From positions 107,012,001-107,076,000 of the forward strand of contig NC_042998.1 of NCBI RefSeq assembly GCF_006345805.1: DNA of 64,000 nt, in the 5' to 3' direction. The notes under the pieces are model-generated. The model was not told the origin of the DNA, ran no database searches, and was given only the letters and a program-made list of their open reading frames with translations. The translations under genes and the position numbers were made by a program. This DNA comes from Octopus sinensis (Eukaryota). Positions 1 to 11,654 of this stretch are shown one piece after another. Numbering within the stretch: position 1 is the stretch's first letter; each line of letters begins with the position of its first letter.

Positions 1-225
1 GTAAGTAAAACTTGATTCAGAAACAAAAAATACGCACGCACGTACAAACACACACGCACACACGTGGTGCGCGCGCACGTATTGTTACTGACGATTTCAA
101 TTCTGCGAAATGATTGAATAACTCTCGGAGTGAACAATATATATTTGGTGAGGTCAAAATTGCTTCAGACGTTTTAGAGCCGTAAGACTTGATTAATATA
201 TGCACATACGTTTTCTTGGTGTATA

Positions 226-290
<65 letters not shown>

Positions 291-332
291 GAGAATCCAA
301 ACCCACCTTATTTCTTAATTAAAATTGTAGAG

Positions 333-619
333 CAGTGGTTCCCAAAGTGAGTAGTACTGCCCCCATGAGGGCGATGGAGAGATCCAGAGGAGGCGTTGAA
401 GAAAAGTGGGACGGTAATGAGGACGCTAAAGAGGTCAATGGATGTAAAATAAGAACCCCAAGTAATTGGTTAATCAGGGCACGTTTCACTTACGAAATAC
501 AGTTGTTTTGAATTTGCTTCAGAAAGTGGTCAATGTTTGTAGTGATGAGTAGCTGAAGTGCTAGGAACGTGGTCCGGGTATGAAGGGGGCGGCAGCCTGA
601 AAAGCTTTGGGAACCACTG
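333..619. mobile_element. hAT (Charlie-like) MITE
   Basis: 15-bp TIRs CAGTGGTTCCCAAAG (333) / CTTTGGGAACCACTG (619); 8-bp flanks TTGTAGAG and CCGTAGAG (6/8 match, NTCTAGAN-like hAT target). Confidence 0.85.
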
Positions 620-1090
620 CCGTAGAGTATTATTAGAGGAAGATTTGGCAGCTATTTCTAACAAGTCAAGCGACCAGGTAGGAACTCCCTTATGGGCCAT
701 ACAGACTTTGGTTATAGCTGAAGTGAAAATGTAGATATAGAATTGTTTTGGTGATAAGATAAACATTCTAGAAGCAAAATTGCTATATATTATGCGTAGT
801 AATTAGATTTAAATTTATTGTTTAAGCCCCCACTTAATTAAAGAATACCCTTTTATAATATTGAACTAGAATAATTGACATTTAATTGTTATGTCTGACA
901 GAGTTTAAAGCCCGTAGCAACTTTAACATGAAAATATTGGATTTATACAGTCTTCTGTTACATGATGTGAATTAAGGCAGGCTTAGACCACTTAAGCCAC
1001 TTGCAACCACTCCCAATCCTCCGGGGCTCACAAATCTGTAATCCACACCCATAATCTAAGTCTTCTCTCATGATGGGAAAGCAAGATCCT

Positions 1091-1148
1091 TTTGTCCTAA
1101 TATGTTGGCCATATGAGAAAACTCATATGGCCAACATATTGGGACAAA
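1091..1148. other. Near-perfect 27-bp-arm hairpin/palindrome
   Basis: TTTGTCCTAATATGTTGGCCATATGAG-AAAA-CTCATATGGCCAACATATTGGGACAAA; one mismatch (G-U as RNA on + strand). Confidence 0.9.
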
Positions 1149-1589
1149 TTACACCAAGAAATAAATTCTTTTATGGCAAAATAATTACGCCAACAAGCGA
1201 CATTTATTGTATCCAAGAATTCGATTATTCTAATTTTAGTCCGAAAAATGATGAGTGTAATATTATTCCCAAAAGTATGGAGAAAACACAAATAACAGCA
1301 GGTAGGCCACTTTCTTAGACAGACATACCGTCAACAACGTTGATACAGTGTGTCGCAACAAATCTGGTTCCTACTGCCATTGTATTACACACAGATATGC
1401 TGACCACCCTACTGCTACACCATATTCCCTGATAGTCCATATTCTGTCAGTGAAGCAGCTGAGGTGTATTCTTAGCGAGGTCTTTTAAGAGATTTACAGC
1501 AGTGTAATGTCTCTTCATTTTTGGCAAATTAATGTTTGTTTATATGCCGTCCAAGCAACTGCAAACTAGTATCTTAAAGATACCGAAGA

Positions 1590-2455
1590 GTCAAAGAAAG
1601 GTAAAAACATTAAAAATGTGCCATGATGGATTTGGCAAAATAAAAAAGATCGTTGATGGACTGAAAACTATGTTATGTAGCGTTACTAATACATGCAAAC
1701 ATAAATAACTACACTCTCTGTCAACAAAGCGAGACAATAAAATAGAAAGGGAAAAATTGAATACACTTGAGTATAAATTAAATGCTGCTAGTGAAAAGCT
1801 TCGACAAAGAAGGACAGTAGCGAGAAGAAAAAAAATCAACAAGAAATTTAATCGATGCCAGTCAGCAGTTTATAAAGATATGAGGCCATAATCAATAAGT
1901 GTGACAGAGGATTGTTCCCAGGAAGATATGGGTGAATTCTGGAGAAAAATCTGGAGTGAGGAAAAGGGGTTTAAACAGGATACAGTATGGTGAAAAGAAA
2001 TTACAAAAATGATATCCGTAGACCGACTCTACTTAAATCAAAAACAAGGTGGCAGGAGCTTACATCGATTCAAACAGTCTTCAACAACATTTACTAACCC
2101 CAATAGGTGGAATTATATGCCTACATAAATGAGGCAAATAACCTCACGAGAGTCGGAAAGGAACTCCGCAGTAAGTATTCCCCAATTGATATTCATGGAT
2201 ACATACCAAGAGAAGAAGCACAACTCTACTGGAACAGGTCACTAAGAGTATGTATATCAGCAGAATGTCAGAAAGCAGCAAAGTAACAGTAACACTGATA
2301 ACCAAAGTAATCTGTGTTGGACAAACGGCCAATCTTGAGAAGCTGGCATTCACGAAACCAGAAAGGACACGACTAATTGGGGAATTACAGCTACACACTA
2401 TTAAAAGCATTGTGAAGATACGTAAAACATTTCAGAAGTTTAACATGTAATAAGT
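1590..2455 (+). mobile_element. Decayed R4/Dong-type (RLE endonuclease) non-LTR retrotransposon, internally deleted
   Basis: Broken frames give pre-RT 'EFWRKIWSEEK', 'DRLYLNQKQGGRSL' (DRLYLPRxxGGRGL motif) and C-terminus 'IVKIRKTFQKFNM*' shared with copies at 8.4-10.5 kb. Confidence 0.7.
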
Positions 2456-2782
2456 ACCTATGACGGATAAAAAGTCATGGGATTGCACCTAGAAAGTTCC
2501 CCTCCAAGTTCGGGCACCGTTGTTTTGTTGAAGACCTGCAGTTGCCCATGCATACCAGTCTCCTCTCTCCGCGCCACCGATGTCGTCCAAGGGAAAGGCA
2601 AAGGCTAACTAATCCAGCTTGTCGCCAGTGATGCTGTGACTCATTTCTACAGCTGAGTGAAATGTAGTAATGTGAAATAAAGCGTCTTGCTCAAGAATAA
2701 ACACACAGCCCGGTCCGGGAATCGAACTCATAACCTCACTAATGTAAGCCCGACGCCGTTATCACTGAGCCATGTGCTTTCA
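2455..2782 (-). mobile_element. tRNA-derived SINE, family A
   Basis: Minus-strand head with A-box-like TGGCTCAGTG and B-box GAGTTCGATTCC, then CTTGAGCAAGACGCTTTATTTCAC domain; homologous to 35670-35935, 51318-51627, 60335-60742. Confidence 0.8.
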
Positions 2783-2939
2783 CTTAGTACATATACATAC
2801 ATGTAAATATTTAAATAAAGGAATGTGTACGCATACACTAGTCCAAACACACAATCGACACATGCAACAACATCTATGTTTACATAAAGGCATAGGTATG
2901 GATATACATATACGCACATCTATACATGCAGACCGAAAA

Positions 2940-3110
2940 ACATGATGATTGCTCCATCTACGCAGGTGATTCCCGTCTTCTTGTACTTCCTCGCTGTCGA
3001 TGGCATTTCTGACTTTCTTTCCATGGCCTTTCAGATGACCATTTAGTCCCGTTACAGACCTGCATGCTTTTAAGCAGAGGTGACATGAAATTCGTGACTT
3101 ACTGCACACT
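2940..3110 (-). mobile_element. RTE-clade LINE 3' fragment (C-terminal CCHH zinc finger)
   Basis: Translates CHLCLKACRSVTGLNGHLKGH, matching the terminal finger of RTE ORFs (cf. 4.8 kb and 55.7 kb fragments). Confidence 0.55.
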
Positions 3111-3966
3111 TAGATCTGCATATGTCGCCACCCCTCCATCACCAACGGTCATTCAGTAAATACTTAATAACGAATGAGGTCACCATAAAGAGACATTTGG
3201 ACATAATTGGATCATAATGATAAACGCTTATACAACACGTCTACCACTCTCTAGGTCTCTGTAACTACTACCTCATGAAAGGCTGAAGTGAAATGATCAG
3301 TAATCACATTATACCGCAGATTTTACATCAGTGTCCCTCTTCAAAAAGGGTGGCTTAATAAAAGCTAGAGTACCTTACCTCCGGCGGTTTTACTGCGCAC
3401 ATTAACACCAACTAAGGGTATTTCTACATCCTCGCGCTCAGTTGGATTGTCATCGCATACACTAGTTAACCTATTTCTGGGAGCCTGGCAGGTGCTAATA
3501 CTCCGGGTCAGAGTAGCCCTAGAAGCAATAGTAACTAAGAGTTGGTTCCATACTGTTCAAAACCGAGAACTCCTGAACCAATCCCCGCAACCGGGTGCAG
3601 TTTAAAGTCATACCCAGGACACACATACGTACATACATACATACTTACATAATAGATACATACATATATATGTACATACTTACATACATACATACATCCA
3701 CACATGCATACATACAAGACTACTCGTTGATATTATCAATATTCTTATGAAAGAGACCTGTTTGAGGGTTAGAAACCTGGTCCTCCATTGCTGAGAAATT
3801 CGTAAAATGGAACAAGGGGAACATACGTACATGCATACCTTTATTCATACATATATACGTACATACAAGTTTCTTCTGGTTTTTTCTTATGTACTAAGTT
3901 ATAGACACATATATACACACATATACACACATTAATACATACATACAAACATACATACATACATAT

Positions 3967-4039
<73 letters not shown>

Positions 4040-4307
4040 CAACAATTGAGGGTAAAATTAATTAATTAATTAATCAATTTCACCAAGTATTCAGTATGCA
4101 AAGGGACCATTTAAGGCAAATTCAAATTATTACATTATATAAAAGGGCTTAGTAAAATAAATTACTTTGCCGCATACTGAATTAGAAATAGCATCTAAAA
4201 AAACTATTCTAACACTTAAAGAAAACCTCTCTCATATAGTGCTTGCTCAATTCAACCCAAGAAAGTATGAGGGTAGAGACATTAAAAAATCAAATGCAAA
4301 GGTTATT

Positions 4308-4360
4308 TGAGTACGTACGTTTCAAGATTAGCCAAATTCGACCCTTCTCTCATCAGCTCA
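4308..4360 (-). ncRNA. Type I hammerhead ribozyme motif, intact core (GUA cleavage triplet)
   Basis: Minus strand: TGAG-CTGATGA-[GAGAAGGGTCGAATTTGGCTAATCTT]-GAAAC-GTAC-GTA-CTCA; stem I TGAG/CTCA, stem II GAGA/TCTT plus inner stem, palindromic stem III ACGTACGT. Confidence 0.85.
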
Positions 4361-4520
4361 GAATGCCCTTGTTTGAGTTTGAAAACACTGAAAATGGGAG
4401 CATACCCTTTCGGCTTGTTATCGCTTCTGAAGATCTGTTGGGAACAGATCTTCAGAAGCGAAACAAGCCGAAAGGGTATGCTCCCATTTTCAGTGTTTTC
4501 AAACTCAAACAAGGGCATTC

Positions 4521-4572
4521 TGAGCTGATGAGAGAAGGGTCGAATTTGGCTAATCTTGAACGTACGTACTCA
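4521..4572 (+). ncRNA. Hammerhead motif, mirror copy with core deletion (GAAC instead of GAAAC)
   Basis: TGAG-CTGATGA...TCTT-GAAC-GTAC-GTA-CTCA; one A of the conserved GAAA is missing. Confidence 0.75.
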
Positions 4573-4774
4573 AATAACCTTTGCATTTGATTTTTAATGT
4601 CTCTACCCTCATACTTTCTTGGGTTGAATTGAGCAAGCACTATATGAGAGAGGTTTTCTTAAGTGTTAGAAATAGTTTTTTTAGCTGCTATTTCTAACGA
4701 GTCGTATTGGTATGCGGCAAAGTAATTATTTTACTAGCCCTTTTATATAATATATATAATATTATATATAATAT

Positions 4775-6117
4775 GTTGTTGTGGCATCCTTTTTGTCTCG
4801 GGAGACAATGGAGTTGCGCATAAAATAGTCCAGTCCGGTTTTTACATTTCATGTCCTGTTACATTTCCTGCTGTGGCTGTGTAGTCCTATCCTAGACAAA
4901 CACTCCCTCTGGCAGGTACCTCAAATGTAGCGAAGACTGTTCCTGGCTGGTTGTAGTGTCATAGTTCCTTGTTGACGTCCTTTCCTGTCTTTCCATTTCT
5001 CCTCTCTCTTCTCTCTTCTCTCTCTCTCTCTCTATCACTCCTTTGTATTCCCTCTTTTACGGTACGTCGCCAATATCATATCCACGGTTGCTGGCAATTG
5101 CTTCCCAACTGCTAATATTGATGTTGCAGGCCTTCATGTCCCTTTTGCAAACATCCTTGTAACGTAAGAACGGTCTACCCACAGACCTAGTACCCCTAGC
5201 AAGCTCTCCGTAGAGTATGTCCTTGGGGATTCTGCCATCTTTCATACCGCTAACATGCCCAAGCCATCTCATACGTCTTTGTGTGAGGAGTGCAAACATG
5301 CTTGGTATACCTGCTTGCTTGAGGACATCTTTGTTGGGGATATGATTCTGCCATTTGATGCGGAGGATTTTCCGGAGGCAGCGCAGGTGAAAGATGTTTA
5401 GGCGACGCTCTTGGCGTGTGTATAGCGTCCAAGTCTCACTTCCATACAGTAGAGTGCTAAGTATACATGCCTGGTAGATCTTCATTTTCGTAGTCTTGGT
5501 CAGCTTATTGTTGTCCCATGCCCGTTTGGAGAGTTGGGCCATCGCAGCAGCTGCCTTACCAATGCGTATATTGAGCTCAGCGTCAAAGGATAGGTTGTAG
5601 GTGACGGTAGAGCCAAGATAGGTAAACTTCTCCACCTCCTGTAATCTGTGGTCTCCAATATGTATGTTTGGGATGTCCGATGTAGCCTGACCCATGATGT
5701 TGGTCTTCTTAAGGCTGATAGCTAAGCCAAAGTCGTTACATGCTTACTCAAAACAGTTAATGAGCCTTTGGAGAGCTTCTTCTGTGTGTGATACCAGAGC
5801 GGCATCATCAGCAAATAGCATCTCCTTGATCAGGACGTTTCTGATTTTGGTCTTGGCACGCAGGCGCGAGAGATTGGACAGTTTCCCGTCACTTCTACTG
5901 TGCAGAAACACTCCATCATCTGATGTCTGAAAGGCATGTGAGAGCAAGAGCGAGAAGAAAATGCCAAATAATGTAGGAGCGAGGACACAACCTTGCTTTA
6001 CCCCGTTTTTTATTTGGAAGGCGGCTGATGTTGAACCATTGTGCTGTATGGTGCCTTGCATATCATCATGGAAAGACGTGATGATTCTCAGCAGCTTTGG
6101 TGGACATCCGATTTTTA
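4775..6117 (-). mobile_element. 5'-truncated RTE/BovB-like LINE (RT C-terminal half, zinc finger, 3' tail)
   Basis: ORFs 5744-6061 and 5057-5695 are in frame across one stop; motifs GVKQGCVLAPTLF, LFADD, KFTYLGS, LLYGSETW, RWLGHV; downstream CQRECLSRIGLHSHSRKC and RTE-type tail GTCTCCCGAGACAAAAAGGATGCC followed by ACAACAACA. Confidence 0.95.
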
Positions 6118-6392
6118 TAGTTGCTGGACACGTCGCCCAGCTCGGACGTGTGTTCTTCGCTGCTCTGCCCTATCAGCAGCTAACCCAGCAGGACAACTGA
6201 AAAAAAAAACAACTGTAAAAAAACTGGAAGATCTACTATCTTCTGTGAGTAATTTGAATTTCCCTCAAAATAAGTTAAGGAACTTACATATCTACAGCTT
6301 TGGACATACAAACGAACACCTAACAAAAAAAAATTAGAAACATAAATATCCCCAATTTTGTGTGAACATTTTGTCGTCCCCTCTCCCTATCA

Positions 6393-6429
<37 letters not shown>

Positions 6430-6432
<3 letters not shown>

Positions 6433-6620
6433 AGCAAATAAGTAACAAGTATCTCAAGGTATTAATGCAATATGGCCTGAAACGGCCGTATTGCATTAAT
6501 ACCTTGATATCCTTGTTACTTATTTGCTTTCATTCACCTTACTTTGACCCTTGCGGATAATACCGGATTGGTGCATCAAGTTAAGTACCTTATTCAACTG
6601 AATCTTAATTATTTCTTATA
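6430..6620 (+). mobile_element. Penelope-like fragment with 44-bp fold-back centred on a half hammerhead (GAAAC-GGCC-GTA)
   Basis: Arms 6434-6477 and 6484-6527 invert around TGAAAC; no CTGANGA upstream; between (TA)n tracts. Confidence 0.6.
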
Positions 6621-6638
6621 TATATATATATATATATA

Positions 6639-6695
<57 letters not shown>

Positions 6696-7221
6696 TACGT
6701 ATATATCTGCATACAAACATATATGCATATGTGCTTACATACTGGAATACTTACTTACGTACTCATATACATACAAACAGGCTTATGTGCCTAGATACGT
6801 TATCATGCTTAAACACAAGAACAAACAAGGTGAGTAAAGAAATGAACACAATGTTACCATGACATAAACAAAAAGATTGATAGATAGAGACGGAGAAGAA
6901 GAGAGAGAGTAACATGCAATAACACAACCATATCAACAGAAACAATATGATACACATCCACACATACACAAAGGAAGGCATACGCATACACTCACTTCAA
7001 ATTCCTTCCGTCTGAAAATCTTTCCATAACCTTTACCGAACATTCTAGTTGAAGAACTTCTATAACAACCATTGTTTTCTCTCATCAGGACGCATCACTA
7101 TCATCACTGTACTTTCCTCTCTCATAATCTGTGTGTGCGTGTGCGTGTGCGTGTGTTTGTGTGTGTGTGTATGCATGTATAGGTTTGTGTGCTTTGGTTT
7201 GTGTATATGTATAAGTATATG

Positions 7222-7260
<39 letters not shown>

Positions 7261-7292
7261 ATGTATTCACAAATATACATATATGTATATAC

Positions 7293-7386
<94 letters not shown>

Positions 7387-7690
7387 GTATGTATGAATGT
7401 ATATTATTTATAAACACCTAATTATCAAAGCGGAAAAATGATCAGAAGAGCTATTTCTATTAATTTTTTCAGATGTGCGTATGTTTGTGTGTGGCTCTGT
7501 GCACGCACTCACGTGTATGTATGTATGTATGTATGTATGTATGTATGTATGTATGTATGTATGTATGTATGTATGTATGTTTATATGAATGTATGTATGT
7601 ATGTATGTTTATATGAATGTATGTATGTATGTATGTTTGTATGTATGTATGTATGTTTGTATGTATGTATGTATTATGTATGTATGTATG

Positions 7691-7723
<33 letters not shown>

Positions 7724-8360
7724 GTATGTATGCATGCATGCATATATTTATGCCATTATTGAGTTTTATTTCAAGATAGTTTGTCAATAGATTGTTGGAT
7801 CTTAGGTTATGGATGTATTGGCTGAGTGCTGCGCAGTCACAAGAGATGGTAAATTCTTCATAAATATAATGTTCACTCGTAAATCAATTAGAGAAAACTA
7901 TTTATTTTACTGTTAGATTCAGCATATTAGCAATATATGCACTGAAGCAATAACCACTACACGTAAGGTAAATCTACACCTGTACTGCCCAACAATTTCA
8001 ATTGGTATTTCAGCAAGTAGGTATCTTATGCCATTATTCCAAGAAGCTTGTTATTCTATCTGTGAACCGGAAACCGAAACTTATAACAAACTTAGGTGAT
8101 GGTGCTTGAATGGCGAGAATTTGCGAAAACAAAATTAAAACGCAAGGAGAAACTCAAATGTACTTTTGAATACATACAGACATATATACATGCATGCATA
8201 AATACATGCATACATACATACAAGCATACGTATATGTATACATGCATTTGTGCATGCACGCATACATGCATACATACATACCTACATACGCGTATATATG
8301 CATACATGCATACATACATTGATACATACATACTTACATGCGCACATAATACATACATGC

Positions 8361-9030
8361 ATAACCGATGCAAACTTTGTTGAGTTCATACTAAAGATAT
8401 CACCCACATCATAAGCAGTTGTCCGAATATGTCCTCGCAGTATTATCTAACGATGAGACATGACGATGTGGCTAGGACACTCTATAATGAAATCCGTCGG
8501 AAAGATAATCCTGACAAAGAAATAAGAACCCACAGTATGGTAGAAGCCATAGCCACTCATAATGAAAAGGAATACCGGTAAAATGTACCAGTGAAGACTT
8601 CCATAAAATGTAAGCACAACAGACCTGATACAATGATTTGGGATAGAGAAGAGAAACTGTGCACAGTTGGGTAAATTAGCTGCCCAGCGGATGTTAACAT
8701 AAAGCTGAAGGTCAATGAAAAAGAGAACACATATGCTGAGCTAGAGAGAAATCTGCAGTTACTCTATCCAGATTACAAGCTCAGGTTTATACCTGCAATT
8801 ATTGGGGACCTGGGATATGTAACACACTGCCTAAATACCAATCTTAAGTAATTAGGCTTCTCAAAACCAGAAAGGAGAAAGCTAATTCGAAGATTATAGA
8901 TCCAATTCATCACTGGAACTGTAAAAGTCTGCAAAACTTTCCAGAAGTTTATCATCTAAATATATATGAACATGTCTAGATATGTAACTATATGCATGAG
9001 AATACATACATAAAACAAACAAATCTGCAC
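8361..9030 (+). mobile_element. R4/Dong-type non-LTR retrotransposon 3' fragment (CCHC knuckle + RLE)
   Basis: RCKLC..KDITHIISSCP, RHDDVARTLYNEIRRK, HNRPDTMIWDREEK, ..TVKVCKTFQKFII*; flanked on both sides by TACA-type repeats. Confidence 0.9.
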
Positions 9031-9214
9031 ATACATACATACATACATACATACATACATACATACATACATACATACATACATACATACATACATACAT
9101 ACATACATACATACATACATTGGAAGGCAGGTCCTTCAGCAACCTACAAGACATGCTCAAAGAAGTCGCACAAGTCTACCGCAACGTATCATCAAATGTA
9201 AGGATGAGCCTATT

Positions 9215-10062
9215 TGAGTAGATTACTATGCATGGATATATTAGTAGAAAGCTGCGAGATGATAGTAACATCGATTTTCAAAGCAGTTTATTATGGACCA
9301 ATAGCCGGACTACTACCAACTCCCACTTTGTAGGGTATGTGTTTGCAATCCAGGAACAGGAAATATCAACCAAGTACCTGATGCACAAAAGGGATAGAGA
9401 TGCAGAAAAAGCAGTAAAATGTGTGACAACCGATGCAGACTTTGTGTAGTTAACACCGAAGATATCACCCATATCATAAGCAATTGCCCGAAAATGTCAT
9501 CCTGTTATTATCTACCGATGAGACATGGCGTAGCTAGGACACTAATGAAATTCGTCGGAAGGATAATCCCGAGGACAAAGAAATAAGAACCCACAGTATG
9601 GTAGAAGCCATAGCCACTCTTAATGAAAAGGAGTATTGGTGGAATGTCCCAGTGAAGACCTCAATAAAATGTAAGCAGGACTGATATAATGATTTGAGAT
9701 AAAGAAGAGAAACTGTGTACAGTTGTGGAAATTAGCTGCCCAGCAGATATTAACATAAAGCCGAAGATCAGTGAAAAAGAGAAATCTGCAGTTACTCTAT
9801 TCAGTTTACAAGTTCAGTTTTATACCAGTAATTCTAGGGGCCCTGGAATATATGACACACTGCCTAAATAGCAATCTTGAGAAATTAGGCTTCTCAAAAC
9901 CAGAAAGGAGAAAAAGTTAGTTCGAAGATTACAGATCCAATTCATCACTGGAACTGTAAAAATCTGTAAAATTTTCCAGAAGTTTATCATATAGATATAT
10001 ATGAGCATGTCTAGCTATACAACTATGAGAATATACATAAAACAAAGCATACAAATCTGCAG
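9215..10062 (+). mobile_element. R4/Dong-type non-LTR retrotransposon 3' fragment, second copy
   Basis: FAIQEQEISTKYL, RCRLC..EDITHIISNCP, PD..D/E region, same 3' UTR ending ACAAATCTGCA then CA/TACA repeat. Confidence 0.9.
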
Positions 10063-10066
10063 ATAT

Positions 10067-10127
<61 letters not shown>

Positions 10128-10189
10128 TGTATGGATGCATACATACTTACTTACATACATGTTCTAACCCTGGATATAATCTGTAAAGA

Positions 10190-10545
10190 TCTTTATAAAA
10201 TGCTAGCAAAATAAGACATATTGATTTGGAACTCTAGAACGGAGGAAAGGATAGTGTTCAAAATAGTGGTTGCACAATGTAGTCCTTAAATGTTAGTGGG
10301 GAATAAAGCATTTGTATCGAACTAATGAGAAATATCCGTATATCCACCAAGGCTACAACTTTAGATTTATATCTATAATCATGTGACGCTGGGATACGTA
10401 ATTAATTGCCTCAGCACCAAGTATGAAAAGACGGGCTTTACAAATTCAAAAAAGGTACTGTTCATTAGGATACTACGGCTACAAGGCATTAAAGACACTG
10501 TGAAATTATGCAAAACATACCAGAAGTTTAGCATGTAATAAGTGC
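10190..10545 (+). mobile_element. R4/Dong-type 3' fragment, older copy
   Basis: Ends TVKLCKTYQKFSM*, homologous to the other three copies; heavily mutated. Confidence 0.65.
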
Positions 10546-10789
10546 ATATACACATGTAAATACATGCAAATAAATGTTACAAATACGTGAGTCGAAACTT
10601 AAAATACCTTCCTTCTGAAAAATCTTTCCATAATCTTTGACAAATATTTTCATTCAAGAACTCCTACTCGTACATTAACCATCACTTTTTCTCGTCTAAC
10701 CATCACTATTATTTTCTCTGCATCTCTTCATCTTTTATTACTTTCCTACTCTCTGTCTATATGTATATACATCTATATATTTTTATTCT

Positions 10790-11028
10790 TTTATTCTTTT
10801 ATTCTTCTATTTGTTTCAGTTACTTGACAGCGGTCATGCTGGAGCACTGCCTTTAGTCGAACAAATCGACCCCAGGAGTTATTCTTCGTACGCCTAGTAC
10901 TTATTCTATCGTCTCTTTTGCCGAACTGCTAGGTTACGGGGACGTAAACACACCAACGTCGGTTGTCAAGCGATTGTGGGGGAAAAACACAGATACTCAC
11001 AGAAATTTACACCACAATACATATACAT

Positions 11029-11089
<61 letters not shown>

Positions 11090-11240
11090 GACGAGCTTCT
11101 TTCAGTTTCCGTCTACCAAATCCACTCCCCAGGCTTTGGTCGGCCCGAGGCTATAGTACAAGACACTTGCCCAAGTGGGACTGAACACGGAACCATGTGG
11201 TTGGTAAGCAAGCTACTTATCACACAGCTACTCCTGCGCC
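10790..11240 (-). mobile_element. tRNA-derived SINE, family B (head + internal microsatellite + CR1-like tail)
   Basis: Head (GGAGTAGCTGTGTGATAAG...GGTTCCGTGTTCAGTCCCAC) 11089-11240, (TA)n, tail 10790-10990; homologous to 18805-19145, 28735-29210, 45160-45575, 47070-48305. Confidence 0.85.
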
Positions 11241-11242
11241 AA

Positions 11243-11312
<70 letters not shown>

Positions 11313-11469
11313 TGTGTGTCTGTGTGTCTGTGTGTGTGTCTGTGTGTCTGTGTGTGTGCCTGTGTGTGTAGAATGTTGAAAAGTGAAATACGAGTTGATA
11401 TGTATAAAGAAAAAAGACAAAGTAGAAAATGCTTAAATAATTTTGTCATGAAATGCATTTTATAATGGT

Positions 11470-11604
11470 TAGTACCACTTTCTGTCTCTTCGACTTTCTC
11501 AACTAAGAGTAAAACAAAGGTGGTTATTAATATCTCTCACGTCTCCTCTCCAGGGAGTAGAATTCCAGTTCCTTCAAATTGTCCCAGTAGCCCATGTGTT
11601 TCAC
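11470..11604 (-). mobile_element. CR1/L2-group LINE fragment
   Basis: ETHGLLGQFEGT region / LEFYSLERRRER; near-identical (3-4 substitutions) to 12691-12763. Confidence 0.7.
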
Positions 11605-11654
11605 TGAACAATTATATACATACATATATATATACATATATATATATATATATT

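Larger units (their letters stand above)
4032..4751. mobile_element. Fold-back (palindromic) copy of ORF-less HHR-containing ~540-bp repeat family (retrozyme-like)
   Basis: Arms of ~305 bp inverted about ...GATCTGTT-GGG-AACAGATC... (centre 4441); same family as 61557-62752; flanked by TA-rich tracts. Confidence 0.85.

Noticed and set aside
2780-3109. C2H2 zinc-finger host gene (also 55599-55961)
   Set aside because: Single finger matching the RTE LINE C-terminus in a decayed context, not a tandem zinc-finger array.
4243-4640. Overlapping mirror ORFs (MLNSTQES..., also 61789-62055 and 62608-62871)
   Set aside because: Products of the palindrome; start and stop positions differ between copies, indels break frames, and there is no recognisable domain, so the unit is treated as non-coding.
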